This document shows positions 40,326 to 53,442 of a stretch of DNA of 64,000 bases, one piece after another. The stretch is from Phoronis australis (lineage: Eukaryota > Animalia > Phoronida), in assembly GCA_002633005.1 (NCBI GenBank), contig NMRA01000786.1:81653-145652 (forward strand), given 5' to 3'. The position numbers were made by a program, and so were the translations under genes. Under the pieces are notes generated by a model. That model was not told where the DNA came from, did not search any database, and saw nothing but the letters and a program-made list of their open reading frames with translations. Within the stretch, counting starts at the first letter, position 1; every line of letters begins with the position of its first letter.

Positions 40326-41629
40326 ATACTTAGCTGTGAATTTCTTAGCATTAGATGTCAAACTGGAACTATTGGGTTTGTGTAAGTAAACTAGCTGTTC
40401 TGCTTCATAACCAGGGGACTTATTCAACCTCTGTGAGATTTTCTCATTCTGAGATTTTTGTTGGTTGGCCTGTAGATCCAACATGAATTTGGAAACAGAC
40501 TGGAAGCGATCCTTCAGTTGTTAGATATAGTCTTTCTGACAGCTAAATAGACCTAAGAGAGGTTGGAAGTTTAAACCACTGAAATCACGGGGTTCTCTGT
40601 AAAACACAAGGTAGAATGGTGAGTGATCCTCTAATTGTGGCGAGGAAAATGTATTAAATGAATATTGGGCAACACCCAACCATCCCTATATTGATCGAGA
40701 TTCAGTTTGATCAAGTCCGTGATGGAATGAATCTGACGCTCAACATGTAATGAACCATGGTTTAATACAGACACAACTTTGTGGCCGATTTTCAATGCGC
40801 TGCATAGAATGTCCATCACTTTGCCAATCAGCGACGACTGCGCATCAGTAACCAAAACTTCAGGAATCCCAAAACAGCAAATAACGCATTGAATAAGTGC
40901 CTTACAGATAGATGGCGCGTCAAGCGTTTTCAAAGGAACACAAACGGTGTATCTAGTAATGGCACAAGTAGTAACCATTAACCATAAGTACCCTGACTTC
41001 GACTAGACCATTTTCTTAAAATCCAAGAATATTGTCTGGAAGGGACAATACAATACAGGTATACGTTCATGAAAAGGTCTTAGAATATCAGTCTTACCCT
41101 TGAATTTTGGCACCGTGCACAAGACTGGACATAGGACACAATGCGTTGATACATGTTGGGGAAATAGAACAGTTTTCGCATCGTGAGATAAGTTCTCACA
41201 CAACTCTGATGATTACTCAAAAGTGAATCATGGTACTTCGATATCAATGGGTCTATGAACTTTTCAGGGATCACAAGCTGCAGACAAAAACGATCCTGGC
41301 CATTTGGGAAGAGCAACCTAAAAAGTAGGCCATCACACAAGTACTGTTCTGATCTAAGCGTGATAGATGGAGCAGCTTTTTTTGTCACTGGGAAAGATAT
41401 TGTGCGCTAAACAATCGTAAATAGGCTTAAAATGTGGCGAAGCCATTTGGGCCAAACGGAACTGTTGAGCCTTAAAAGGAAGTTTGTAGTCACGAAGTAT
41501 CTTCCGTTTAATAATCTTGAAAACTATGTTAAGGTCACGTTGGTTTGGAATATGTTGCGCAGTCATGTCATCGGTATCGGACACCAAAGGTTTTGGCTTT
41601 TGTAGAAACTCTGGAACTTTGTAGAACAC
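40326..41629 (-). pseudogene. Gypsy integrase (HHCC zinc finger and catalytic core), frameshifted
   Basis: YHDSLLSNH..YFPNMY..YVQSCARCQ, PFQTIFLDF, FGIPEVLVTD, HGSLHVERQI. Confidence 0.85.
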
Positions 41630-42398
41630 GTTCTAAGTGTTTCATATGTGTCCCTTCATCCTGTGAGAAAATAATGCAATCATCATGAATCGCAACACAA
41701 AAAGTATCATGTCCTGGAATAGTAGCCAAAATTTCATTCATTTGTTGTTGCCATCTTGCTGGTGACATGTTCAAGCCCATAGAAAGGCGTAAATACTGAT
41801 ACATGGATGAACCAGGGTACGGACATATACCAGTGTATTTCTGAGAATCCTCAGACAGTGGTAAAGTATGAAAGGCGCTCTTTAGATCAATAACAGACAG
41901 CACACGACTGTTGGAGGGTCCTAGCCGCGCTAAGACATTCTGTAAGTTCATGTAATTTTGCTGAGCTGTAAGGACTCTTTTGTTTAAGTATCTGAAGTCA
42001 GACACAAATCTATAATCATGTGAGTCGGGTTTTCGTATGAGCATACATGGTGAACTGTAAGCTGAATAACCTTTCTTCAGTATTCCCAGCCTGACAAGTT
42101 TGGTTAGTTCCCTGTCCATAACAGGTTTGAGATTATCCGGTATGTTATATGGTTTGATGCAGAATGGAGTGCAGTCTTTCAACTCTATGCTAACTTTGAT
42201 GTTGGGACAATGCCCTACCTCCCGATACAAACTAAAAGCATCAGTATGCCTGTCTAACATATTTCGAACTTTAGTCTTACCATCGTTATTCAATATACAC
42301 TCATCTGTATCTAGCTGAATTGAGTTTCTCAATACCTGAATAGGCGACTGCTTACTAAGAGAGTCTGTTTTCTCCACATGGGGGTATTTGGTCAACAC
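41620..42398 (-). pseudogene. Gypsy reverse transcriptase, C-terminally deleted (no RNase H)
   Basis: YSSPCMLIRKP, YRFVSDFRYLN, IDLKSAFHTLPL, RLSMGL, AIHDD. After HLERVL the sequence joins directly to the pre-integrase linker. Confidence 0.9.
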
Positions 42399-42425
42399 CT
42401 CATACTGGATGTCAGTTTCGCATTC

Positions 42426-43100
42426 CTATATGGAAATGAAAGCCTGCAAGGTGTGTTGGTCAATTGCATGGGACACATACGCCAACTTACTCAAATCTGT
42501 AAAGCCAATACATTTGTTAGCACGAATATGTAAAACACGACAAGACGTACATGTATTAGTTATGGGAACAGTACAGCTGCTGCGTCTGAGCTTGACAATC
42601 ATGTGGTCAGGACAATACTCTTGTAGATTAGGAGAGGTGTGGAAGAGAGCATCTGAATTTTTAACGATTTGTGGTACTTTGCCCCTAACGGTAATGTACA
42701 GACTACCACCAGGTGGAATAACCTCATTTCTTACGGGTCGAAACCAAACCTTGCGAGGTTTTACTCTGACGATATGTGTCTGGAAGTCCATCGTTGACCG
42801 TAGTGCGCCTAAAGAGGAGTCACCTATCAAGAGATCAGGGCCTGCTAGGTTACTAACGATGCACGCATCTATCTGAAAACTATGACCCTGTATGCTTACT
42901 GTGAAAACAATTCTCCTAGTAGAAAGATACCAAATAATCACCAGTGCCAACCTTAAACCTACGTTCAACCGTCTTAACTTGAGGTAACCGAGACAAACAC
43001 TTAGATATAGCAATACAATATTCTGACACAATACTTCGGGTAGGTCCCGAATCAAATAAAATCAGTAAGTGTTCCCTATCTCCAACAGTCCCTTTTGCAA
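42426..43100 (-). pseudogene. Gypsy aspartic protease region
   Basis: LILFDSGPTRSIVS active-site motif and downstream DLLIG, in two frames. Confidence 0.8.
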
Positions 43101-43202
43101 AGTGACGACTTGTTAACTGAATATTACATGAGTTCTTGCCGAAAAACTCCGAACAATCCTCGTCGGCAACGGGCAATTCACTTGGTCCGGATGAATCACC
43201 CA

Positions 43203-44087
43203 TTAACGAAAATTTGTCGGCGAATATAGCAGTTGAACTCCATAACATTTCTTCCATGTGTGTCCGAACTTTCCACAATGGTAACACTGAATGCCGGACT
43301 GCTGCTGGTTACTCGGCTTATAATTCTGACTGGGCTCACTGCGATGTCTCAGTTGGTTCGGCCTGGAGTCGTCACCTCTACGACGTGGCGATTGAGACTG
43401 TTCACGTCGGTGATACCCATGGTGCGGCAATCGAGACTGACGGTGCCCACGGTTTGGCGATCGAAATTCACCACGGTGTGGCTGACTAGAATGATCAGAA
43501 GTACTCTGAGTGGCCATAACGACATCGGAAAATGTCACTTCCTGATTGGAATGTACATCCATGGAACGCTGTGCCAATGTGGCGACTGTCTTAGCATCCA
43601 CGTCTGGTGGTGCTGTCATGACCACAGCCCTCTGGCATTCCAACGGAAATGAGTAAAGAAGTTTCGTCTTAATATGTTGATCACTGTAGCCAATGCGAAG
43701 GGCTGCCGAGCGTAGCTTCTGTAAACAATACATGTACACTTGAACGTTCATACCTTTGTTAAACTTCATGTCATTATAGTGCTTGATCATGGCGTATTCG
43801 GATCGATTCTCACAAAATCGTTCGAAGAACTGTTTTTCCAAGTCTTTCTTCGAAGTAATCGTCATGCTTTGCGCCCACAAACGGGCTTGTCCCGCTAGAG
43901 ACAAACGGAAGCGGAGGCAAATGTCCGAAAGAAGATCTTCCGTCTCTGTTTTGCTCAACAAACCATGAATCTGCAAGTAGTCTTGGAACTGTACCTAATG
44001 TGTTTGCACATTCTCAAACGAGCCATTGTCTCCCGTAAACTTTGGTTCCGGTATGAACTCCGACGCTTTCAGTTTTCCTTCTTCCAT
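43203..44087 (-). pseudogene. Gypsy gag
   Basis: FRLSLAGQARLW capsid-like segment, an Arg/Ser-rich linker and a CCxC knuckle CYHCGKFGHTWKKC; one internal stop near 43996. Confidence 0.85.
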
Positions 44088-44104
44088 GCCCGGTTTCTCC
44101 ACCA
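44086..44104 (-). other. Primer-binding site, tRNA-Ala-like
   Basis: Minus strand TGGTGGAGAAACCGGGCAT directly after the 5' LTR; complementary to a ...ATGCCCGG...CTCCACCA tRNA 3' end. Confidence 0.7.
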
Positions 44105-44415
44105 GGTAACGTTGCTCCGGGCGTATCATCCAATCCACCCGACCATGCGACAACGATAGATTCACAATTCTTGCCACCATTTAATGTGTAATATTTTATG
44201 TTCTATCAACACTACAAAAGGTACCCGCTCATCCAAAACCTTTGACTACAAACAGATTGCATCCAGCGCCATCTGTTTGTCGTAAAGGTTTTGGATGAGC
44301 GGGTACCTTTTGCTATTATGACTGACCCGCCAAAAATCCCACAACTCCCTGCGTGACTTGGGGAGATAACCTTCATAACAGCCCTGCATTACCAAGGGAG
44401 ATAACCCTCATAACA
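44105..44415 (-). repeat. 5' LTR of the Gypsy element, with a ~125-bp insertion
   Basis: ggtaacgttgctcc...gataaccctcataaca; 44191-44313 is absent from the other LTR. Confidence 0.9.
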
Positions 44416-44419
44416 GTTG

Positions 44420-45040
44420 TTGCAACAAGATTACGCGAACGCTTCCTTAGACTTTTGACATGGCACTGCTTAAACCACAAGCTTGAGTTGGCAGTAAGGG
44501 ATGCCGTGGCAGAGATGACTGGGTGTGGTCGTTTCAGAGTATTTATGGATAAACTCTATTCACGTTACAGCAGATCAAGCCGAGCTGAAAGCTGCAGCTG
44601 CTGATCTTGAGTGCCAGTTTGTTCGAATACATGTAGGTCGCGTGCTTGACGTTCGTTGGGTGGCAGTTTCAGAACGGTAAAGGCAATTAAGAGATCATTG
44701 AGCGCACTACATCAACATTTCAAGTTAGCCAGTGAAGACAGAATCCGTCATTCAAGTGATCGGAGTATGTTTTGGGGATTACTGCGATACTTGGAAAGTC
44801 CCACCTTCATTCAGAATCTTGCGCTGACGCATGATGTGCAAGAAGAGTTCTCAAGCCTTTCTGTGGATCTACAATGCAGAACTACAACAATACTCCAAGC
44901 AGACAAGCTTATTCGTCGGACGGATCGCGTCCTCAAGTCTATGGTTGACAATCCCGGGTAGGCATTCGCCACTGCACTGACATGCGTTAAAGAGAAGAGG
45001 TTTGGGTCACTGGAACTGAAGGAAACCCTTAAAGGAACCA
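44420..45040 (+). mobile_element. hAT transposase pseudogene, 3' part
   Basis: VATRLRERF..WHCLNHKLELAVRDAV (CxxH), RVLDVRW..SFRTVKAI, LSVDLQ. Confidence 0.85.
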
Positions 45041-46357
45041 TATGCCTGATCAGTATATTCAAAGTGTTGTTGTATTTGTACGCATGCAAATTCCGGGGAA
45101 ATATTTTAGATTCCGTGTTTTTGCACTGCTGGGTAAGTGTTAGCAAACACTGGTAAAAACACTGAGCCTATAAAATTTCTTTTCCTCCCTCTAACAAAAT
45201 TAAAAATTGGTGACTTTTCTCAGGGGGGTAACCCGGGGGATACTCTCATAGAGTAAGCCTGAGGGTACTACAGCTATTTTAATGATCAAGTGCATTACTT
45301 GATTTCTTAAAAGGTTGCTCCTAGTAATCATTCTTTACACAAAAAATTCTGTCACATAAAATAGTCTCTTACTTGTGAAGTCAAAGTCTCCCTAATTCAA
45401 GAATCAACATCCCAGAATATCTGAGCTGCACAAGTATACCCCAACAATGGCACGTGGCAAGAGGTACAAGAATAGCACCCAGTTCGACCAATCGCGTAAT
45501 ACATGTAGGTGCAAGTCAACTGAGAAAAGAAAGAGAAAACCTGTGATTTGTAATGTAAAAACAGATACCAGGGGAGTCATATATTTAAAGTTACAGTTAG
45601 TAATGTATCTAATTTTGTGATGGAAAAAGTAATCAATTATTTAAATTAAATTTCAGCAAACTCTGTTTCTGATAAAATTTTAAAAATTTGTTAAAATAAA
45701 TATTTTATTGGCGCGGAACTTATATATTTAGAAAACAGAGGTATATATTGTAAGTTTTTGTGAAGTTTTGAAATATATTTCCGTGATAATTGAAAATCAA
45801 AGCCAATTGAGGAAGAGATTATTTTTCCCTGCGAAGAGTCACGGCAACTGAAGGGAATTACTTCGGCCTTCAGTGTGTCCGCCGGGGGCAGCAAAATCAA
45901 GCACAGGGTCGCATGATTGCAATTGACGTGTGGAGCTCACTGTTTTGAGATAAAACATTTTTTGAAATATTGCCGTATTTTTCCAAGCAACAGCCGATAG
46001 AACTGATAAACCATCGCGTATTTTATACTCCTTGACTACAGGCAGTATCTAGCTGTATCCCATATACCTAATAGAGGATCTTCATGAATTTTTGTAATTA
46101 TGATCTCAGTGGTTATGAAATTGGCTACTGCTGGCTCGTGGTGGCAATTTCTCTAACTAGATTTCTTTTGTTGAAATTTGGCCAAAACACTTTTATCCTG
46201 AAAACGATGACAGATGCACCATGTTTTCGAAAGATTCTAGCCTGTGCTGCCCCCCTCCCTCCCTGTGAAGTTTAGCATTTTGGGAACGTTCATATGTCTA
46301 ACCTGCCCCCCACATGTCACCTGCTAACTGATGCTGTGGTCTTGTAAAGTCCACGTT

Positions 46358-46648
46358 CAGGGGCGGATCCAGAATTTTGAGTCAGGGGGGCCAGGGCACA
46401 GGTTAACAAGAATTTCGCCACATGTGCGACCAGCCTAAAGTGTAGGGATGCAGGGGTCTCGAATTTTTGGGTTGGTGGACCTTATTACCAAAAACAACGG
46501 TAAACGAGATTTCTTCAAGGCCTATGTATTTTGCATTTGTCCCCCAAGCCCCCCTGTGTGCGTCCATATACTAGTCAGCAATTCGCATCCTGAACTGCCA
46601 AATGGTATCTGGGAGAATTTCAGTTGACCCACTCTAAATCCGCCACTG
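46358..46648. mobile_element. MITE with CAG(G/T)GGCGGAT termini
   Basis: caggggcggatc ... aatccgccactg, flanked by acgtt on both sides. Confidence 0.7.
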
Positions 46649-48103
46649 ACGTTATTATCTGACAACCATTACATATAATTCAAAAAGTCATTTCAATCTG
46701 AGTCTTGTCATATCTACAAGACGTTTCTTGTTTAATTGATTCCACGCAAAAGTGTTATTTCCCTTGTTGTCACATTCCCATGAACGATAAACGTGTCATC
46801 TCGTAAACGATGTCAGAGTCCTGGGCTTCAAACTTTTATGCTTTTTCTAGCTAAGAGTTACATTTAGCAAAGTACATGTGAAGTGATTTGAGTACTAATC
46901 AATACGTAAGCCAAAATTGTCCTAATGGCATTTTACCACAATAAGTAACTTAGCATCTATTCAAGAAATTGTCAACAATACAGGCAGTACCAATGTCGCA
47001 TTAAGGTATTAAAATAGACATGCATAATTGTTACCGTGCCGTCCGAGTATCATGACAAGCATGATAATTAAAACATTATGAAGCAGTGCGGTAGAAAGAT
47101 TGGAGGGAGCAGCACACTTCATAATCCAAATTTTCCCTATTTCTGCAAATAAATTAAGATTTTTCACACTTATTAGCTTTGATATAGCTTGGAGTGGAAA
47201 GCAACTAGTTACAAAGCATGAATCAACAACACAATTTATGCATAAAATGTAGAAAAATGTGTGCCCTTTTTGTGACACATAATATATTTAAATCATTGAT
47301 TCTCTTTAATTATTCTTGCTTAAAGCCATTTCAAATGTAATGAAGTTACAATGTGGAAGCATTGGCTTAAATAATACAGAATACGCAATATTGGGATATT
47401 TTTAAACAAAAAATGAAAAAATCCGTACTAGAGATTTCTTAAATTTGTTCAAACGTCGAAGACCTATTCATAGACATATCTTTCAATGTCCAAAGCCCCG
47501 CAAACTGGCTTGAAGAAGCACTTGAGTGACACCCACTTTCAACACTACAGTACTAAAAATTCTCTCCAGATTTATCTCCCTTCTAACATGATGGACGCGG
47601 GAAAATGATGGCGATCCTGGTGTACATGTATAACTTCCTAATCTCATTGTGTGTTCTCCCTCATTGCATGCGATCTACTTGCTTGGGATATTGGAAAATT
47701 CCTGTTTTCGGTATTCAAAAACGTGTAATTTCCTTCGTAAACTTCTGAAGGCTTATAAATGAAAAGAGGTCAATACAACCAAAATTGGTGATTTTTGTAT
47801 CAGAGCCACACCAAGATCAAAAACAAAAAGTTTAAGTTGCATCTGAAAGAAGTCCCTTTGAGTGATTTATATTGTGGTTTGTTTTTTTTTTTTTTTGATT
47901 TTGTCGTGGAGTGGCTCGTTATTTTAATTAGTTCACGCTACCATAAGCTGAATTCATTTGTTCAGATTGAGCATTTATAGTTTCGACTTCCATGTCATCT
48001 TATAGGCAATGTTAGTATCAAATTATTGTGTGGGAAAGCTTGTATTGAAAATCTGTGGCATTAACATCCACGTGCATTAGAAAACCATGCAGTTAGTGTG
48101 CCT

Positions 48104-51100
48104 TTAGTAACCAGGTCCCTCTGGACCCATTGCAATGTATCCACAATCTACAGGAATGTCAGCGCCGTCAATGTACATGGCGTCCTTACTGCACAGGAAC
48201 GCAATCACAGACGCCACGCCGGCGCTCTCTATAAATGCTCGTGGCGTCATGAGACAATTGCCAAACTCCTTCTCGTACTCACTGCCGCGTTGAAGTTTTC
48301 CATTTATCACCTATAAAAGAAATCAGCCTTCGTTAAAAGGGTAGTAAGTTTGCGTGGAACTCTTGCCCAAAGCACGCTTTCTTATCTGTTACTGCTCAAA
48401 GCCATACAAAAAACAGCTTTTGAATTATTTCCCTTACCGTAGTTCAATTGATCTCAAATTGTTCCCCATTCAAAGTACATGTGATTTCTGGACTTGGAAC
48501 GAACTATCACATCTTCATTTTTTGATACGACTGAGTTTATGTCACAGCGACATTTTACTACTGTACGTAACCAACACCAGCATTTTGCCAGCCGACTAGA
48601 GCGACATTTTTCGTGAAAATGTCACAGCATGTTCATTGCTGAGCGTGGTCTCGAGCGTCAACCAACTGTCAGTTGTTTGAAAATTACTAAAATCACTTCT
48701 CACCTGCGTAAGGAACAAGTTCAGACTAATCTTACAGAGATACGGTTAAATCGAAGTTAGTTTCGTCGTCGGAAAGCAGATTTAAAGCCACTTTTGGAAT
48801 TAGTGCCTTCGCTAAGAGATACAGTACATATAAACGTCCAAAGAAAATGCTTAAGTGGTACAGAATTGCGTTCTGTAGGCTCAAATTTTTGCATTTGCGG
48901 CAAGACTATATGCAATGGAAGTAGTTTATTTTCACCCCATCATTCATGACGTAATATGAGTTATAATCCATGAATTCTATCCCATAATTCAACATTACAT
49001 CCTCACCAACCAATCTCTTCAGAGGTTCCCATTTTGCTAGGTCTCGAGCATACTCGCGAAACAATGGCCTTTCACTATCGTGATTTTGCGAGGTCTTGCG
49101 GGTTCTCAATTTTTTCGCAAGACAGTTGATTTATGGAAAGAAGCCCGGCACATTTCCCTTTTTGTGATGTCATTCTCAGAAAGACCGTGATAGAGGGTCT
49201 TTCTCAATCGATTACAGACACGAGTTTGACCACATGTATTCTGTTTGTGTACCAGTTGAGTGCTTTGGAAAGAGGCTACAGGACTACTTGAGAGCTCCAA
49301 AAATACATGTAAGCTTAAAACACGCGTTGCTGAACAGATGCTGCATGGTCTAAAGAGGTAACTGCATTTTATCGTATCTAGTTTTTAACTATCTAATTTT
49401 GCCTTCACACAAGTCATTAACGTCCATGTACCTACCAACATCTCACCTGACTCGGTGTCCACACTGCCCCTGGTGACACACTGTTGACCCGCACTCCGTG
49501 AGAGGACAAGTCCAATGCCATGCATTTTGTTAGCATCAATAGGGCTCCTTTACCAGCGCTATAACCGGCCTGGTGAAGAGCAGCACAATGGCCGCGGACA
49601 CTCCCGACACTCACCACAGCACAATCGCTTTTGTCTACGAAAAGAGTTGTAAATGATTGTCACTCAACCTAAGGCTAACTACTTGTGTCGAAAAAATGAA
49701 CATCACAGAAACCAGATTGGATGCCTGGTCTGCCGTCTGAAACAACCACACACGAGAACGCTTGCCAACCACTTTACATCAGACCGTCGGATCTGAATTA
49801 CACCGTTATCTAGAACGTACGTACTTTTAAACGCAAGTTCTTATGTGCGCTCCCACCCCTGGCAGTGGCGGATTTACCGTGGGTTGAGAGGGTTTAAACC
49901 CCCTTTGGGACAGGATCAAAAAATAAAAATTAAGAATCCAAAACATCTCCAGCAAAATGAAAACGGCACCGCCAGCGTGGGTAAACCTCAAGTAAACCAC
50001 CTCGAAAAAATGATGGAAGATTCACCCTGAAAATATAATTTCTTTGCATTGTGATTTACTGTAATTACGAAAAGCAACGCATTTCAACTTTTCGTAACTC
50101 ATAGGCAAGTCAATTGTGCGCGCGCATCCGTCAACTCTTATTTTACTCTAAAATATGTTTTGATTTGATTAGGGATTATACTGTGGTACCGCAACCCTGA
50201 TATTCAGGTGAATCGACGTGCAACGTTTTTACCGCCTCTGCCATGCCTTGTCATGCCATTACACTCCACATGTTTGTAACTTGAATTTGACTGTTTTNCC
50301 AGCGTGGGTAAACCTCAAGTAAACCACCTCGAAAAAATGATCGGAGATTCACCCTGAAAATATAATTTCTTTGCATTGTGATTTACTGTAATCACGAAAA
50401 GCAACGCATTTCAACTCTTCGTAACTCATCGGCAAGTCAATTGTGCGCGCGCATCCGTCGACTCTTATTTTACTCTAAAATATGTTTTGATTTGATTAGG
50501 GATTATACTGTGGTACCGCAACCCTGATATGAATCGACGTGCAACGTTTTTACCTCCTCTGTCATGCTTTGTCATGCTATTACACTCCACATGTTTGTAA
50601 GTTGAATTTGACTGTTTTATAATAAAGTTATGTTGCGCAATAATCATTTAGTGTACAGTGTACGCGTAATGTGTTTATTTTAAGAAACGATCAATTCCTT
50701 TTCCGAAGAATTGATTGGCCCTAGTATGGACCGTTGAGGCGGGTGCTGTGGTTTGGTAGCGAGTCCGTCTCAGGATACACCGTAGCAAGTTAGGCCTATT
50801 CAAGGAATCAACCCGGGGGAGGCACACACATTGGCAAGGTGACTGCCTCCTAATGATCCCTGGTTCCAACCTCAGCAATGACAGTCTTCTTAACCGAAAT
50901 AAGCACCAATGCCGTCTTCTACTGTATAATGGGAATTTTCGCAAAAAGGCCCACTCAATGAAACGCCCATGCCTATGTGCGTTCATTTGGTGTTACAACT
51001 TCGAGTTTCAAGTGCTCAGACGCTGGGATGTATATTCGGAAAATTGCAAGATATGCAAATTACTCCTGGGATACATCGTCTTTGACAAAAGCGCAATGTT

Positions 51101-52080
51101 TGAAGTAGTCCATGGTGAATGAATTAAATATAGATGCGCTTGTAACTCTTTTGAAAGGACTTGACAACCTCAGTTGGCTCAGTGCCAAGCTGCAAAACGA
51201 GATACTGATGTAGCGGCTTATAAGCTCATTGACACAGCAGTTGACGAAGTGCAGGCATTGAAAATATACCTTTCATAAAAGGAAACCCGGCTTGTACCAC
51301 GTTGAACACTCCAATAACGTTAACGTCCAATACTTTCTTGAACATTTCCGTTGACAATTCAAAGCAAGCTGGAAAGACAAATACCGTTTACGCAATTTGC
51401 CTGTAAATATTGATAACATTAGTCAAATTACAACTTCCATTGCATTAGGAGAGGAGGTCCGTTAATATACATGTAAAAAGTAAAAAAAAAAAATTCAAAA
51501 GAGAAAAAACACAAGAAACTGCAACATTTGATTCCATATCATTCGCTATGGTGTGCAGTTTAATTACATGTGAATGCTACCAAGAAGACATTAGCAATGT
51601 CTTTCTGATATTTTTTACGTCTCGGTTGTATTCTGTGACTCTTATTTGTTTCAAACGTTACTTGCACGTACAGTACGACGAGAGAGGATTCCGCTATTCA
51701 CCACACAAATGCTGCATCAGTGAAAGCTATTACGCTTAAATTCTAATTCGAGCCCCCCGAGCCCCTCCCCCCTTGGGTGCACCCGCGCGTGTGTTTATGT
51801 ATTTATGTCTATATTTATTTACCTATTTAGTAACTGATTTACTTATGTACTCCTGATTTTCTTTTGTCTTTCATCGGTTTTCATTTTGTTTGTCGTCCTT
51901 TTTTACTGACCATAATGGAAATAAGTCTTTGACTTTTTGTTTTCCATATCTTCCACTTGTACTTCTATTTTTTGTCTTGTGCTTTCATGTTACTGTTTTT
52001 TATCTCTGTACTCCTTGTGTGATTCTAATAAATCATCATCATCATCATCCTCATCATCATCATCTTCATCATCCTCATCC

Positions 52081-52132
<52 letters not shown>

Positions 52133-53104
52133 TATTGTTATTATGTTGACACTTAAGACTGCCCTCCTTTAAATGAGCAATAAACAGATAAAAACTATAC
52201 CGTACGTATATGTGCACTGTCCGGATACACAGCACAGCTCACAATAAAATGGATCATCCCGCCATTGTCGTCTGCCACTCTTGTCATCGCTTTCACGCAC
52301 TGGTCTTTCTCTGCCACGTCAACTTCGTAAAACCTCGCTTTCATTCCTTGGGAAGCCATTTTTGTTTCCAGGCTTGTGCCCTCAGCTCTGTTGATGTCGA
52401 ATATTGCTACCGATGCCCCATCGTTGCTGAAAAAGATGTCAGTGCCATAAAGTGAATAGAGTTAGGCGTAATACGCTTTTTGAAATATTAGGTATTCGGA
52501 AAAATCGTCTGTATGTCATTTAGAAAATTGTGAAAAAATACAATTGTAATGATAATTATTATATGGCATGAATTAAGCCTGTTTGCCCGGGATTTGGTGT
52601 GATTTTGTATTCGCTTCGATTACAGTTTCGCAGCAAACAGATCGCACTTCCATCATTAAGCCATGTTGGCATCACAACTTTGCATTAAAATATTAACGGA
52701 TATCTCGAACAAAAGTCTTAATGGACCCATAGCAATATTTGAGGCGGAACGTGTCCTAAAATATAAAAACATTCCGGGCTCCGACGGTTTCACTACTTTC
52801 AGAAAATATATCCCTTTAATGTTTCTCGATGACGCACTGTAGTAATGTTAGTATTTTTACTACGCTAGGCCTACTACTACTACTACCTAGCAATGTAGAC
52901 CTACTGCCTGCTAAATCTGCTGACCCACCTAGCAGTATAGGCACTGTCATTGGACGCTTACCAAAACCGTTCAACAGTAGCTCGCCCAATGCCTTGGGCG
53001 CCTCCAGTTACTACGACAACTTTCCCTTGAAATCGTCCCTTGGTTAAGGGCGCATCCAGGTCGGGTTGTTTGAATTTAGCATCATATTCCCTTGCAGCTT
53101 CCAT
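48104..53104 (-). CDS. Classical short-chain dehydrogenase/reductase, copy A (5 exons, 285 aa)
   Basis: Exons 53104-52962, 52426-52206, 51368-51270, 49634-49447 and 48310-48104; all introns GT-AG; total 858 nt in frame. Motifs TGGAQGIG, DVNVIG, GS, YSAGK, VRVNSVSPG. Confidence 0.93.
52032..52131. repeat. (CAT)n microsatellite in SDR-A intron 2
   Basis: ~33 CAT/CCT/CTT triplets. Confidence 0.97.
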
Positions 53105-53442
53105 AACTTCTGTCTTGTGTCAGTATTGTTTCAACATCCCTATCTACGTGTACATTGCTGTTTGATATTTTCCTCAGGTTAATCTTAAATACACAGTACA
53201 GAAGGTCAGGCCCTGTATACGGGCCCATGAAATCATATCACCGAGAAGAGCCTTTGCCACTGTCTAAAAGCCCCATACTCCGTAAAAACGTACCTCTCAA
53301 GGACAACGAATCCTTACCACGGAAATTAAATTATAACCAAACCCACGTAGGATATACAGGCTTACCACGAACAGATTTAGCTGTGTTAATTGCTGTCTCG
53401 AGGATTAAAGTCAAATTGGCATCGCTCTTATTTCGTTCAATT

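Larger units (their letters stand above)
36078..44415 (-). mobile_element. Decayed Ty3/Gypsy LTR retrotransposon
   Basis: LTRs at 36078-36277 and 44105-44415; flanks ggtg/gttg (4-bp TSD, one mismatch); PBS next to the right LTR; gag-PR-RT-IN order on the minus strand. Confidence 0.93.

Noticed and set aside
42100-44159. Plus-strand ORFs over the Gypsy element
   Set aside because: They are antisense shadows of gag-pol.
49972-50618. ~325-bp tandem duplication in SDR-A intron 3
   Set aside because: The two slightly different copies are separated by a single N (50298), typical of an uncollapsed allelic contig overlap.
51890-52235. Poly-His, poly-Ser and poly-Asp ORFs
   Set aside because: They are translations of an intronic (CAT)n microsatellite.
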